Origin: Minisyncoccota bacterium
GTDB lineage: Bacteria; Patescibacteriota; Minisyncoccia; Phycocordibacterales; Phycocordibacteraceae
Length of the DNA: 64,000 nucleotides
Direction of reading: 5' to 3'
Assembly (NCBI GenBank): GCA_028695415.1
Contig: JAQVIY010000001.1
Coordinates: 113,067 to 177,066 of the forward strand
The translations under genes and the position numbers were made by a program. Every line of letters begins with the position of its first letter. Positions within the stretch are counted from its first letter, which is position 1. Below the pieces are notes generated by a model that had not been told where the DNA came from, did no database searches, and saw only the letters and a program-made list of their open reading frames with translations. This document shows, piece by piece, positions 19,246 to 27,741 of this stretch.

Positions 19246-19353
19246 ATGAAAACCAGCGATATCGAATCCCACCCGCTGTATATATTCACGTGGGGAATCA
19301 TCGCCGGCCTCATTCTGGTGATTGTCTCAATGGATTGGCCTATACTGAATTGA
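19246..19353 (+). CDS. small hydrophobic protein (36 aa) between dnaK and dnaJ
   Basis: GAGGAG RBS 8 nt upstream of ATG. One predicted TM helix (IFTWGIIAGLILVIVSM). Too short for the supplied ORF track. Confidence 0.35.
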   Translation: MKTSDIESHPLYIFTWGIIAGLILVIVSMDWPILN

Positions 19354-19467
19354 GCCCCTGGCGCCCGCGTTGGGCGACATGAAAGGCCATCAATGGCGCG
19401 ACTGGTAACCACCCCGGCCGCGCCATCTTCATTTTGCATACGAAAACGAGAAGGGTATAGTGAAGGA

Positions 19468-20559
19468 ATGGCAGCAAAAGATTATTACGCGACGCTCGGC
19501 GTCGATAAGAAGGCGACCCAGGACGACATCAAGAAGGCGTTCCGGAAGCTCGCGCACAAATATCATCCTGACAAGGGTCATGCCGACGAATCAAAATTCA
19601 AAGAAATAACCGAAGCATACGCCATCTTAGGCAACGACAAGAAACGCCGCGAGTATGACACGTATGGTCAAGCATTCCCGGGTGGAGCGAACGCGGGTGG
19701 AGCGGGACAAGGCAACCCCTTTGCCGGGTTCGACTTCTCCCAATTCCAGCAAGGATTTGGAAACGGCGATATCGAGTTTGATCTGGGCGATATGTTCGGT
19801 GGCATGTTCGGCGGCGGGCGACAGGCGCGCACTCCACGCGGACGCGACATCTCTATCGACCTTGAAGTCCCATTTCAAGATGCCGTATTCGGCACAACGC
19901 GCGATGTCCTCATTGGTAAGATTTCAACCTGTGACACCTGTAAGGGGAGCGGCGCGAAACCGAACACCGAGATAACGACCTGTACGACCTGTAACGGGAG
20001 CGGCAAGATACACGAGACGCGCAATTCAATACTCGGACAGTTCAGCACCGTGCGTCCCTGTGTCGACTGCGAAGGTACCGGAAAGGTGCCAAAAGAGAAG
20101 TGCGAGGCGTGCAAGGGGCACGGCGTACGACGCAAGGAAAACAACATCCATATCGAGGTCCCCGCCGGCATAGATAACGGCGAAATGATCCGTCTGCCGC
20201 AACAGGGAGAAGCTATCAAGACCGGCGTCGCAGGCGATTTGTATGTAAAAGTGCACGTGAAGCCGCACCCGGTCTTCCGGCGCGAGGGATCAAATCTCGT
20301 CATGGATCTGCCGGTGAAGCTTACCGACGCGCTCCTCGGCACGACGGTCCCTGTCGCGACTCTGGAAGGGAAGACGCTCGAAGTGAAAATCCCCATAATG
20401 AAGCGTGCTGAGGAGTTGCTCCGCGTCGCCGGCAAGGGAATCCCTGTCAGCGGCACTCACCGCGGCGATCTCATCATCCGTCTCGAAGTCGCGCTTCCGC
20501 ACAAGCTCTCGGGTAAGGCCAAGAAATCTGTGGAAGATCTTAAGACGGAAGGCCTGTAG
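19468..20559 (+). CDS. dnaJ: chaperone DnaJ
   Basis: J-domain with HPD (KYHPDK), Gly/Phe-rich region and four CxxCxGxG zinc-finger repeats. Confidence 0.95.
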   Translation: MAAKDYYATLGVDKKATQDDIKKAFRKLAHKYHPDKGHADESKFKEITEAYAILGNDKKRREYDTYGQAFPGGANAGGAGQGNPFAGFDFSQFQQGFGNGDIEFDLGDMFGGMFGGGRQARTPRGRDISIDLEVPFQDAVFGTTRDVLIGKISTCDTCKGSGAKPNTEITTCTTCNGSGKIHETRNSILGQFSTVRPCVDCEGTGKVPKEKCEACKGHGVRRKENNIHIEVPAGIDNGEMIRLPQQGEAIKTGVAGDLYVKVHVKPHPVFRREGSNLVMDLPVKLTDALLGTTVPVATLEGKTLEVKIPIMKRAEELLRVAGKGIPVSGTHRGDLIIRLEVALPHKLSGKAKKSVEDLKTEGL

Positions 20560-20621
20560 GCTTTAGGGAAATCCCCCGCATTTGCTAGCGTCTAGCGCCT
20601 AGCGCCTTTATACTAGTTCAT

Positions 20622-21143
20622 ATGTCTGCCACTGAAGGCATCGCTCAAGTAAGCACGCTTGCGACCAATACCGCTTTGACCGCGTGGAACTTCGCGGGCG
20701 ACTTCCTCATCATTATCGTCCTCGTGTCCGTTCTCTTTTTGTACGGATGGTATGTAGGGCGCGGACCGTTCGTCGCTATCCTCCTTGCGCTCTATGCCGG
20801 ATACGCGATTTATGTCGCGTTCCCCTATACCTCGCTCCTCCCAACTGCGCCCGCCTTGACCGCGCTTCTCGCTCAAGCGGGTGTCTATCTCGGGCTCGTG
20901 TTCGTCTTCTTTATCATCCTGCGCCGCGTGGTCGTCTCTGATTTCTTGTATGTCGGCATATTCGGACTCATCGCTCTATCGTTCTTCGCGACCGCATTTC
21001 TTCTCGCGCTCGCCTACCACATATTCCCTGTAGCGGCGGTGTACCACTTCACTCCGCCCGTTGACCTTCTCTTTGCGCCTAAGGAATATTTCTTCTGGTG
21101 GTTTATCGCTCCCGGGGTCGGGCTCTTCTTCCTCGCCCGGTGA
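20622..21143 (+). CDS. hypothetical polytopic membrane protein
   Basis: Five or six hydrophobic helices; no recognisable motif. Confidence 0.5.
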   Translation: MSATEGIAQVSTLATNTALTAWNFAGDFLIIIVLVSVLFLYGWYVGRGPFVAILLALYAGYAIYVAFPYTSLLPTAPALTALLAQAGVYLGLVFVFFIILRRVVVSDFLYVGIFGLIALSFFATAFLLALAYHIFPVAAVYHFTPPVDLLFAPKEYFFWWFIAPGVGLFFLAR

Positions 21144-21272
21144 GGACAAACTTGGCATTATATATTTATATAGCATCTTCAAATGTAACGGTATTACGCA
21201 AGGCGATGCCAAGTTGTACTACCGGGCTCGCCCGGTAACCTCTCCGTGCGTTGGTGTGATAAAATAAACCCC

Positions 21273-21587
21273 ATGACGCAAGGCAACGAGAAAAACGCAG
21301 GAGAAGTGACGCTTGACGACCTGGCACAGATGGTCGCAGGCGGCTTCCAAGATATCGAAACTCGACTAGTGGGCCGAATAGACCGGCTTGAGGCAAAAAT
21401 GGACCAGAAGTTCTCTGAGGTTGACGACCGTCTTCTCAATCTTGAACGCACCACTTCGGAGACGAAGGTCGCGGTGCTTGATATGAAAGAAGATCTCGCT
21501 GCGACGAACAGCGAGAACGAGGATAACTCCCTTCAACTCACCGACCACGAGCGTCGCATCATCGCGCTTGAGACGGCGACCGCCTAA
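21273..21587 (+). CDS. small coiled-coil protein, paralog A (shares an N-terminal 25 aa and a central block with 23446..23790)
   Basis: MTQGNEKNAGEVTLDDLAQMVAGGF... and LEAKMDQKFSEVDDRLLNLERTTSETKVAVLDMKEDLAAT are identical to paralog B. Confidence 0.6.
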   Translation: MTQGNEKNAGEVTLDDLAQMVAGGFQDIETRLVGRIDRLEAKMDQKFSEVDDRLLNLERTTSETKVAVLDMKEDLAATNSENEDNSLQLTDHERRIIALETATA

Positions 21588-21621
21588 CATTGGTCTCTTC
21601 GTCTTCGCGCGGTAGTCGCCT

Positions 21622-23418
21622 ATGGAATCTAGCGAAAATATCGAGACGCCCGTATCGCTTCGCGAGGGTGCACAAGGCGTGTGGCGGCACATGCGCGAAT
21701 ACAAGGGGACGATCATCTCCCTGAGCATCCTCGGCGTCGTCTCGGCAATAGCGAACGGTGCCGTGCCGTACGTCACCGGTCGCTTCTTCGACTCGCTCAT
21801 CGCGCTCTCGCAGGGCACAACCCTCGTGTATTCCGGGCTCCCGCTCTGGGGTGTCTTGCTTGGTACATGGGCGTTGATCCTCATAATTTCTGACGCTGTC
21901 GATTGGTGGATAGACGGCAAGCAACGCTGGCTCGGTACGAACCTTCAAATCGGTACTCAAGCCGAAGGATTCATTCATGTATTACAACTTTCTCTCTCAT
22001 TTCATACCAACGAACACATAAACGGTGTATTCGAGAGAATTAGCGCCGCCTCTTGGCGCATGAGTGAGATATCGAGGACGATTATTCAGATTGGCCCGCA
22101 GATTCTCTCGGTACTTATCGGGGTCGCGTTCGCATTCAGTATAAACACCCCTCTTGCGAGCATCCTCATGCTCGGACTTCTCGTGTATGCGATCGTACTC
22201 TCAATCCTCTTGCGCGGAACTGCCGAAAGAGATTCCATCGCGCACCGCCGATGGAATGACTCTTGGAACGACGCGGCAGCAGCAGCCAGCCAAGCCACCT
22301 CGGTCAAGCAAGCGGCAGCTGAGACATACGAGATACGTCGCATCGACAAAACGATGCGCAATGAGGCCGCAGGGCTCTGGTATGCGAACGAGCTTGTCTG
22401 GAACCGAATCAATTTCTGGCAACGTACCATCGTATTCCTCACACAATTTTCCGTTTTCATCTTCTCTGTCTATTACATCCGCATAGGAGCTATCACTATC
22501 GGCGAACTTGTGGCACTCAACAGCTACGCAGGTATGTTCTTTGGTCCGCTCGTCACCTTCGGTTCAAGCTGGCAGATTATCCGCAACGGCTTCACTTCAG
22601 CAGGACGCGTCAATCGGATCTTCACTCAACCGACCGAAAACTATCACCCGAAAAATTCCCACACATCAGGCAGCACATCTGGAACAGTCACGTTCGATGA
22701 TGTCACCTTCAACTACGAGGCCGGGCAGGAACCAGTGCTCACACATTTTTCCTTTGAAGCGAAGCCGGGCGAGTCGGTCGCCTTTGTCGGCGAGTCGGGA
22801 GTGGGGAAGAGCACGGCCGTCTCGCTCATATCTGCATATTATTTCCCGAACGAAGGTCGCGTGACCGTCGACGGCGTCGACACGCGACAGTGGGATCTGA
22901 CCGCGCTTCGCTCACGCATCGCGGTCGTGCCGCAGGAGGTCGCACTCTTCAACGACACGATTCGCACCAATATCCGCTACGGTACCTTCGACGCCTCCGA
23001 CGCGGCGGTCGAGGCCGCCGCGCGCGAGGCGCACATCCACGACTTCATCATGAAGCAGCCAGCCGGCTATGACACCATCGTCGGCGAGCGCGGCATCAAG
23101 CTCTCGGTAGGGCAGAAGCAGCGCCTCGCAATCGCCCGCGCGATACTCCGCAACCCCGAGTTCCTCATCCTAGACGAGCCGACCTCTGCGCTCGACCCCG
23201 AGACCGAACAGCTCGTCACCGAGTCACTCCAGAAGCTCATGAAGGGGCGCACGACCTTCATCATCGCGCACCGCCTCTCGACGGTACGCCACGCTGACCA
23301 TATTCTCGTGGTGAAGGACGGCACCATCGCCGAGCAGGGCTCTCACGCGACCCTCATGAGGATCACGGGCGGCGTCTATCGCCATCTCTACGAGCTCCAC
23401 GTCGGGCTACATGAGTAG
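21622..23418 (+). CDS. ABC transporter, fused permease/ATPase (MsbA-like exporter) with no N-terminal peptidase domain
   Basis: Six-TM N-terminal domain. Walker A (GESGVGKST), signature LSVGQKQRLAIARA and Walker B ILDEPTSALD. Confidence 0.9.
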   Translation: MESSENIETPVSLREGAQGVWRHMREYKGTIISLSILGVVSAIANGAVPYVTGRFFDSLIALSQGTTLVYSGLPLWGVLLGTWALILIISDAVDWWIDGKQRWLGTNLQIGTQAEGFIHVLQLSLSFHTNEHINGVFERISAASWRMSEISRTIIQIGPQILSVLIGVAFAFSINTPLASILMLGLLVYAIVLSILLRGTAERDSIAHRRWNDSWNDAAAAASQATSVKQAAAETYEIRRIDKTMRNEAAGLWYANELVWNRINFWQRTIVFLTQFSVFIFSVYYIRIGAITIGELVALNSYAGMFFGPLVTFGSSWQIIRNGFTSAGRVNRIFTQPTENYHPKNSHTSGSTSGTVTFDDVTFNYEAGQEPVLTHFSFEAKPGESVAFVGESGVGKSTAVSLISAYYFPNEGRVTVDGVDTRQWDLTALRSRIAVVPQEVALFNDTIRTNIRYGTFDASDAAVEAAAREAHIHDFIMKQPAGYDTIVGERGIKLSVGQKQRLAIARAILRNPEFLILDEPTSALDPETEQLVTESLQKLMKGRTTFIIAHRLSTVRHADHILVVKDGTIAEQGSHATLMRITGGVYRHLYELHVGLHE

Positions 23419-23445
23419 TAGTGCTGGTGTGATAAAATAAACCCC

Positions 23446-23790
23446 ATGACGCAAGGCAACGAGAAAAACGCAGGAGAAGTGACGCTTGACGACCTGGCGC
23501 AGATGGTCGCAGGTGGCTTTTCTGAAATGCACGAGGAGATGCATGGTCTTGAAGAACGACTGGATGGACTCGGTGGCCGAATGGGTCGTCTCGAAGCAAA
23601 AATGGACCAGAAGTTCTCTGAGGTTGACGACCGTCTTCTCAATCTTGAACGCACCACTTCGGAGACGAAGGTCGCGGTGCTTGATATGAAAGAAGATCTC
23701 GCGGCGACGCATATCGCAAACGAGAATAATTCTCACCAACTCATCGGTCACGAACACCGCATCGCGACGCTTGAAGCAAGCGTCGCGTAA
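23446..23790 (+). CDS. small coiled-coil protein, paralog B
   Basis: Same 5' region (about 70 nt upstream plus the first 25 codons, near-identical at nucleotide level) and same central block as paralog A. Confidence 0.6.
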   Translation: MTQGNEKNAGEVTLDDLAQMVAGGFSEMHEEMHGLEERLDGLGGRMGRLEAKMDQKFSEVDDRLLNLERTTSETKVAVLDMKEDLAATHIANENNSHQLIGHEHRIATLEASVA

Positions 23791-23796
23791 CATGCT

Positions 23797-25053
23797 ATGA
23801 CTAGTCTCGCAGACGATTTGCAGGCACGCGGGCTCATTGAGCTCTCGTCTGCTGAACCGGAGAAGATACTCTCCACACCGCGTACCGCGTATATCGGCAC
23901 CGACCCGACTGCCGACTCTCTTCATGTTGGCCATCTCGCGTGGATACTCCTTATGAAGCGCCTTGGCGACGCCGGCCATAAGCTCCTGATTCTCGTCGGC
24001 GGCGGTACCGGTATGATTGGCGACCCGAAAGAGACGGGCGAGCGCCCTATGCTCGATGAGAAAACGGTTGCTCGTAATACTCGCGCGCTCAAAGCACAAT
24101 TGAAACAAATCCTCGGGCGCGTTCCGTTCAAGATGGTCGATAACGCCGATTGGCTTATGGGCACCAAGCTCATACCGTTCCTGCGCGATGTGGGGAAATA
24201 TTTCACCGTAAACGATTTGATAAAACGCGAAATTATCAAGAAGCGGCTCGATGATCCTAACGAGAGCATTTCGTATACTGAGTTCACTTATGCGCTCCTG
24301 CAGGGCTTCGATTACTACACGCTTCACCAGAAGTACGGCGTCGACCTACAGCTCGGCGGCTCTGATCAATGGACGAATGTCCTCTCGGGCGTCGACCTTA
24401 TCCATAAGCGCCTCGGTACGCAGGTGTATGCGCTCGGGATGCCGCTCGTTACTGACGCCTCGGGCAAGAAGTTTGGCAAGTCAGAAGGGAATGCGATCTG
24501 GCTCGACCCGAAGAAGACTTCGCCCTTCCGCTTCTACCAGTTCTGGATAAACCTCCCCGATGCCGGCATCGAGAAATACCTGAAGACCTACACTTTCCTC
24601 CCGCTCAATGAAATAAGCGCTCTTATGGAGCTCCATACCCGCAATCCGGGCGAGCGTCAGGCACAAGAGACCCTCGCACGGCTCGTGACCGAGATTGTCC
24701 ACGGCCCCGCGGCAGTCGCTCAAGCCGCCGCCGCCTCTGATGCGCTGTTTGGTGAGACACCGTTCCACGAGCTCTCGGGACCAGCACTCCAAGTCGCGCT
24801 CGCCGAAGCGCCGTCCGTCACCCTTTCCAAGAAAGACGTCGCCGATGGCTCTTCGCTTGCTGAAGCGCTTGTCGCAGGCGGCCTTGCGACGTCGAAATCA
24901 GATGCGCGACGACTCATCGAAGGGAAGGGCATCACGCTCTCGGGTCAGACCATCACCGACCCTGATCTAAAGCTCTATCCGGGCGATCTCTCACACGGCT
25001 ATGCGCTCGTGCGCAAGGGTAAACAGGGTGTGCTGATTCTCGTTTTGAAATAA
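23797..25053 (+). CDS. tyrS: tyrosyl-tRNA synthetase
   Basis: HVGHL (HIGH-type) motif, KFGKS (KMSKS-type) motif and a C-terminal S4 domain. Confidence 0.92.
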   Translation: MTSLADDLQARGLIELSSAEPEKILSTPRTAYIGTDPTADSLHVGHLAWILLMKRLGDAGHKLLILVGGGTGMIGDPKETGERPMLDEKTVARNTRALKAQLKQILGRVPFKMVDNADWLMGTKLIPFLRDVGKYFTVNDLIKREIIKKRLDDPNESISYTEFTYALLQGFDYYTLHQKYGVDLQLGGSDQWTNVLSGVDLIHKRLGTQVYALGMPLVTDASGKKFGKSEGNAIWLDPKKTSPFRFYQFWINLPDAGIEKYLKTYTFLPLNEISALMELHTRNPGERQAQETLARLVTEIVHGPAAVAQAAAASDALFGETPFHELSGPALQVALAEAPSVTLSKKDVADGSSLAEALVAGGLATSKSDARRLIEGKGITLSGQTITDPDLKLYPGDLSHGYALVRKGKQGVLILVLK

Positions 25054-25085
25054 GGACCGAAATCGGCTATACTGCCGGAGTAATT

Positions 25086-25172
25086 GCGTCGGTGGCGGAG
25101 TGGTCAATCGCAACAGACTGTAAATCTGTCGGGCATAGCCCTACGAAGGTTCGAATCCTTCCCGGCGCACCA
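25086..25172 (+). tRNA. tRNA-Tyr (anticodon GTA), type II long variable arm, CCA encoded
   Basis: Hand-folded cloverleaf. Acceptor gcgtcgg/ccggcgc, anticodon loop ctGTAaa, variable arm cgggcatagccctac, T-arm gaagg-ttcgaat-ccttc. Confidence 0.8.
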
Positions 25173-25189
25173 TAGTTTGGGCAGAAGGA

Positions 25190-25209
25190 ATCCCCGCCGG
25201 GGCGGGGAT
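25190..25209 (+). terminator. hairpin after tRNA-Tyr
   Basis: tccccgcc-gg-ggcgggga inverted repeat. Confidence 0.35.
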
Positions 25210-25456
25210 CGTGTTGTAGCCGATCTACATCGGGCATCCTGCAACAAACCAAAGGAAAATCCCGATCACCACGAAAACGCCTGCAAGCTTCGAGAAAAAC
25301 GGTACTCGAACTTTGTCTTCAGCCGAGGTCGTGGGGTAGGGAATAACGGAACGTCTGAACATTGGAATCTCCAGAAAATTGAACGAAAGTTTGACGCGCT
25401 CCCTATCGGGGATTACTCTAGTGATAGGCAATGTCAAGATGTGCTACCGTATCCGT

Positions 25457-26533
25457 ATGGATTTCCTCTATCGGCACGCCTTGAAGCCACTCATGTTCAA
25501 ATGCAATCCGGAGACGATGCACGACCTTTTTGTGACTATCGGCGAATTCTCCGGTCGATTCTGGGTACTACGAAAGCTCTTCGCACTCATCTACGGCTAT
25601 CGCGGTCCAGATATAAGCAAGGTAGTTGACGGCGTCACGTATCGCACCCCCGTCCTCCTTTCGGCGGGATTCGATGCAAACGGCCAGCTTACGCGTATTC
25701 TCCCCTCGCTCTCTTTCGGCGGGGAAGAAATAGGCTCGATCACCGCGCACCCTTGCGAGGGCAATCCGCGCCCGCGCCTCACCCGCCTCATTCGCAACAA
25801 GAGTCTCGTGGTCTACAAGGGCCTGCGCAATCACGGCGTTGATGCGCTTATCTCGAAACTAAAGCGCACGCCTCGCATGCCAAACTACGTGCTCGGTATC
25901 TCGATAGCACGCACGAACGTTCCCGAAGCCGCAGCCGACGTCGAAGCGGGCGTTCGCGACTACGCTGAATCCTTCAGGAAGCTCGTTGAGTCAAATACCG
26001 GCGATTACTACACCATCAACATTTCGTGCCCCAACTCCTATACCGGCGAGACGTTCATAGAGCCCGCACTCCTCGCGCGCCTTTTGCCGCACATCAAAGA
26101 GATATCGCATCACCAGCCGGCGTATCTGAAAATGCCTATCAATATCCCGTGGGAGCAATTCTCGGCGCTTCTCGATATTGCCGACACCAACGGCATCGAG
26201 GGCGTCATCATCGGCAATTTGAATAAAAACTACAGCCACTTGAACCACCCTGAGGATGCGCCAAAAGAATTCCGAGGCGGCCTCTCCGGTTCACCAACAT
26301 TCAAACTTTCTAACGAGCTTATTAAGAAAACACGCGAGAAGTACGGAAAGAGATTCACTATCATCGGCACCGGCGGCATCTTTAGCGCGGACGATGCGAT
26401 GGCGAAGTTCGATGCAGGAGCCGACCTCATTCAGCTCGTCTCGGGGATGATATTCGAGGGTCCGGGACTCATGCAAAAAATCTGCAAGAAATATGCAGAA
26501 AGAAAAACCCCCGCCGGAGCGGGGAAAGGCTAA
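25457..26533 (+). CDS. pyrD: dihydroorotate dehydrogenase (quinone), class 2
   Basis: N-terminal membrane-association segment. LSAGFDANGQ, NISCPNS and IIGTGGIFSADDA motifs align with E. coli PyrD as recalled. Confidence 0.85.
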   Translation: MDFLYRHALKPLMFKCNPETMHDLFVTIGEFSGRFWVLRKLFALIYGYRGPDISKVVDGVTYRTPVLLSAGFDANGQLTRILPSLSFGGEEIGSITAHPCEGNPRPRLTRLIRNKSLVVYKGLRNHGVDALISKLKRTPRMPNYVLGISIARTNVPEAAADVEAGVRDYAESFRKLVESNTGDYYTINISCPNSYTGETFIEPALLARLLPHIKEISHHQPAYLKMPINIPWEQFSALLDIADTNGIEGVIIGNLNKNYSHLNHPEDAPKEFRGGLSGSPTFKLSNELIKKTREKYGKRFTIIGTGGIFSADDAMAKFDAGADLIQLVSGMIFEGPGLMQKICKKYAERKTPAGAGKG

Positions 26534-26719
26534 AACGAACACGGCAAAACAGGTCATCGCCCACGTGCCGGAAACGAGTGCCATGGCGATTGCCGTCTCT
26601 GTCGCGGCTTCAAGAACTGCTTTCTGCAGCGGGTGCAAAGGGAACATGATTGAACCCTCCTTTCTGCTTCAACGATATCGCTCCGCAATGGTTCGTCAAG
26701 GTATGCTATGGTACAACAT

Positions 26720-27679
26720 ATGTCCGGCTCTAAACCCGTACTCGTCTCCGGCGTAAAGCCGACCGGCGACCTGCATATCGGCAACTACTTTGGCGCGATG
26801 CGTCAGCAAGTCGAGCTCGCAAAAAGCGGCAAATATACGCCGTTCATATTCGTCGCTGACTACCACGCCTTGAACACGATGCAAGACGCCGAGGAAATGC
26901 GTCGCCGCACCCGCGAGCTCGTGATGGCGTATCTCGCCGTCGGCCTCGACCCAAAAGAGGTCACCTTCTTCAAGCAGTCAGACGTACCGGCGCATACTGA
27001 ACTCTGTTGGATATTCGACGCTATCACCACGATGCCCTACCTCATGCGTGCGCACGCTTTCAAGGACGCGGAGGCAAAAAATAAAGAAATAACCGTCGGT
27101 ACCTTCAACTACCCGATGCTCATGGCGGCCGACATCCTCCTCTACGACGCGGCAATCGTACCGGTAGGGCAGGACCAGAAACAGCACATCGAATATGCAC
27201 GCGACACCGCCGAGAAATTCAATCGCATCTTCAAAGAAGAGGTGTTCACGCTTCCCGAGCCGTACATCATGCCCGAGGTCGCCGTCGTCCCCGGCACCGA
27301 CGGGCAGAAGATGAGCAAGAGCTACGGGAACGTCATCCCGCTCTTCGCTTCGAGAGACGAGCTTACAAAGGCGGTGATGAGTATCGTGACCGACTCTTCA
27401 GGCGGCCGCCCTGAAAATGTGTTCGCCATTCATAAGCTTATCCGCGACGAATCAGAGCTCAACTCCGTGTATGAGCGGAACGCGGGGAATTATAAGGCGT
27501 TGAAAGAGATGCTTATCGAAGACCTCGATGTATTCATCACGCCGATGCGGGTGAAATATGAAGAACTCAAACGTGACCCCAGCATCGTCGACGCTGCTCT
27601 CACGAAGGGTCGCCAAGAAGCCCGCGCCGTCTCTGAAGCAAAGATGCAGGAGGTACGCCACGCTATTGGTGTGGCGTAA
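26720..27679 (+). CDS. trpS: tryptophanyl-tRNA synthetase
   Basis: SGVKPTGDLHIGNY (HIGH region) and KMSKS motif. Confidence 0.92.
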   Translation: MSGSKPVLVSGVKPTGDLHIGNYFGAMRQQVELAKSGKYTPFIFVADYHALNTMQDAEEMRRRTRELVMAYLAVGLDPKEVTFFKQSDVPAHTELCWIFDAITTMPYLMRAHAFKDAEAKNKEITVGTFNYPMLMAADILLYDAAIVPVGQDQKQHIEYARDTAEKFNRIFKEEVFTLPEPYIMPEVAVVPGTDGQKMSKSYGNVIPLFASRDELTKAVMSIVTDSSGGRPENVFAIHKLIRDESELNSVYERNAGNYKALKEMLIEDLDVFITPMRVKYEELKRDPSIVDAALTKGRQEARAVSEAKMQEVRHAIGVA

Positions 27680-27699
27680 CCGTCCGCTCAAACTCGAAC

Positions 27700-27733
27700 C
27701 ACCCCGCAAAAGACCGCGGGGTGTGGTATTTTA
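27700..27733 (+). terminator. rho-independent terminator after trpS
   Basis: caccccgc-aaaagacc-gcggggtg hairpin followed by tggtatttta. Confidence 0.6.
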
Positions 27734-27741
27734 TAGGGTAT

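Noticed and set aside
21622-23418. A C39 peptidase domain on the ABC exporter, needed for a classical bacteriocin-type double-glycine system.
   Set aside because: Only about 25 residues precede the first TM helix, so there is no room for a peptidase domain. The double-glycine idea is therefore presented only as a weak hypothesis.
25225-25437. A 70-aa minus-strand ORF with a C-terminal hydrophobic segment between tRNA-Tyr and pyrD.
   Set aside because: It lies in the pyrD promoter/leader region on the opposite strand and has no RBS or recognisable motif; insufficient support.
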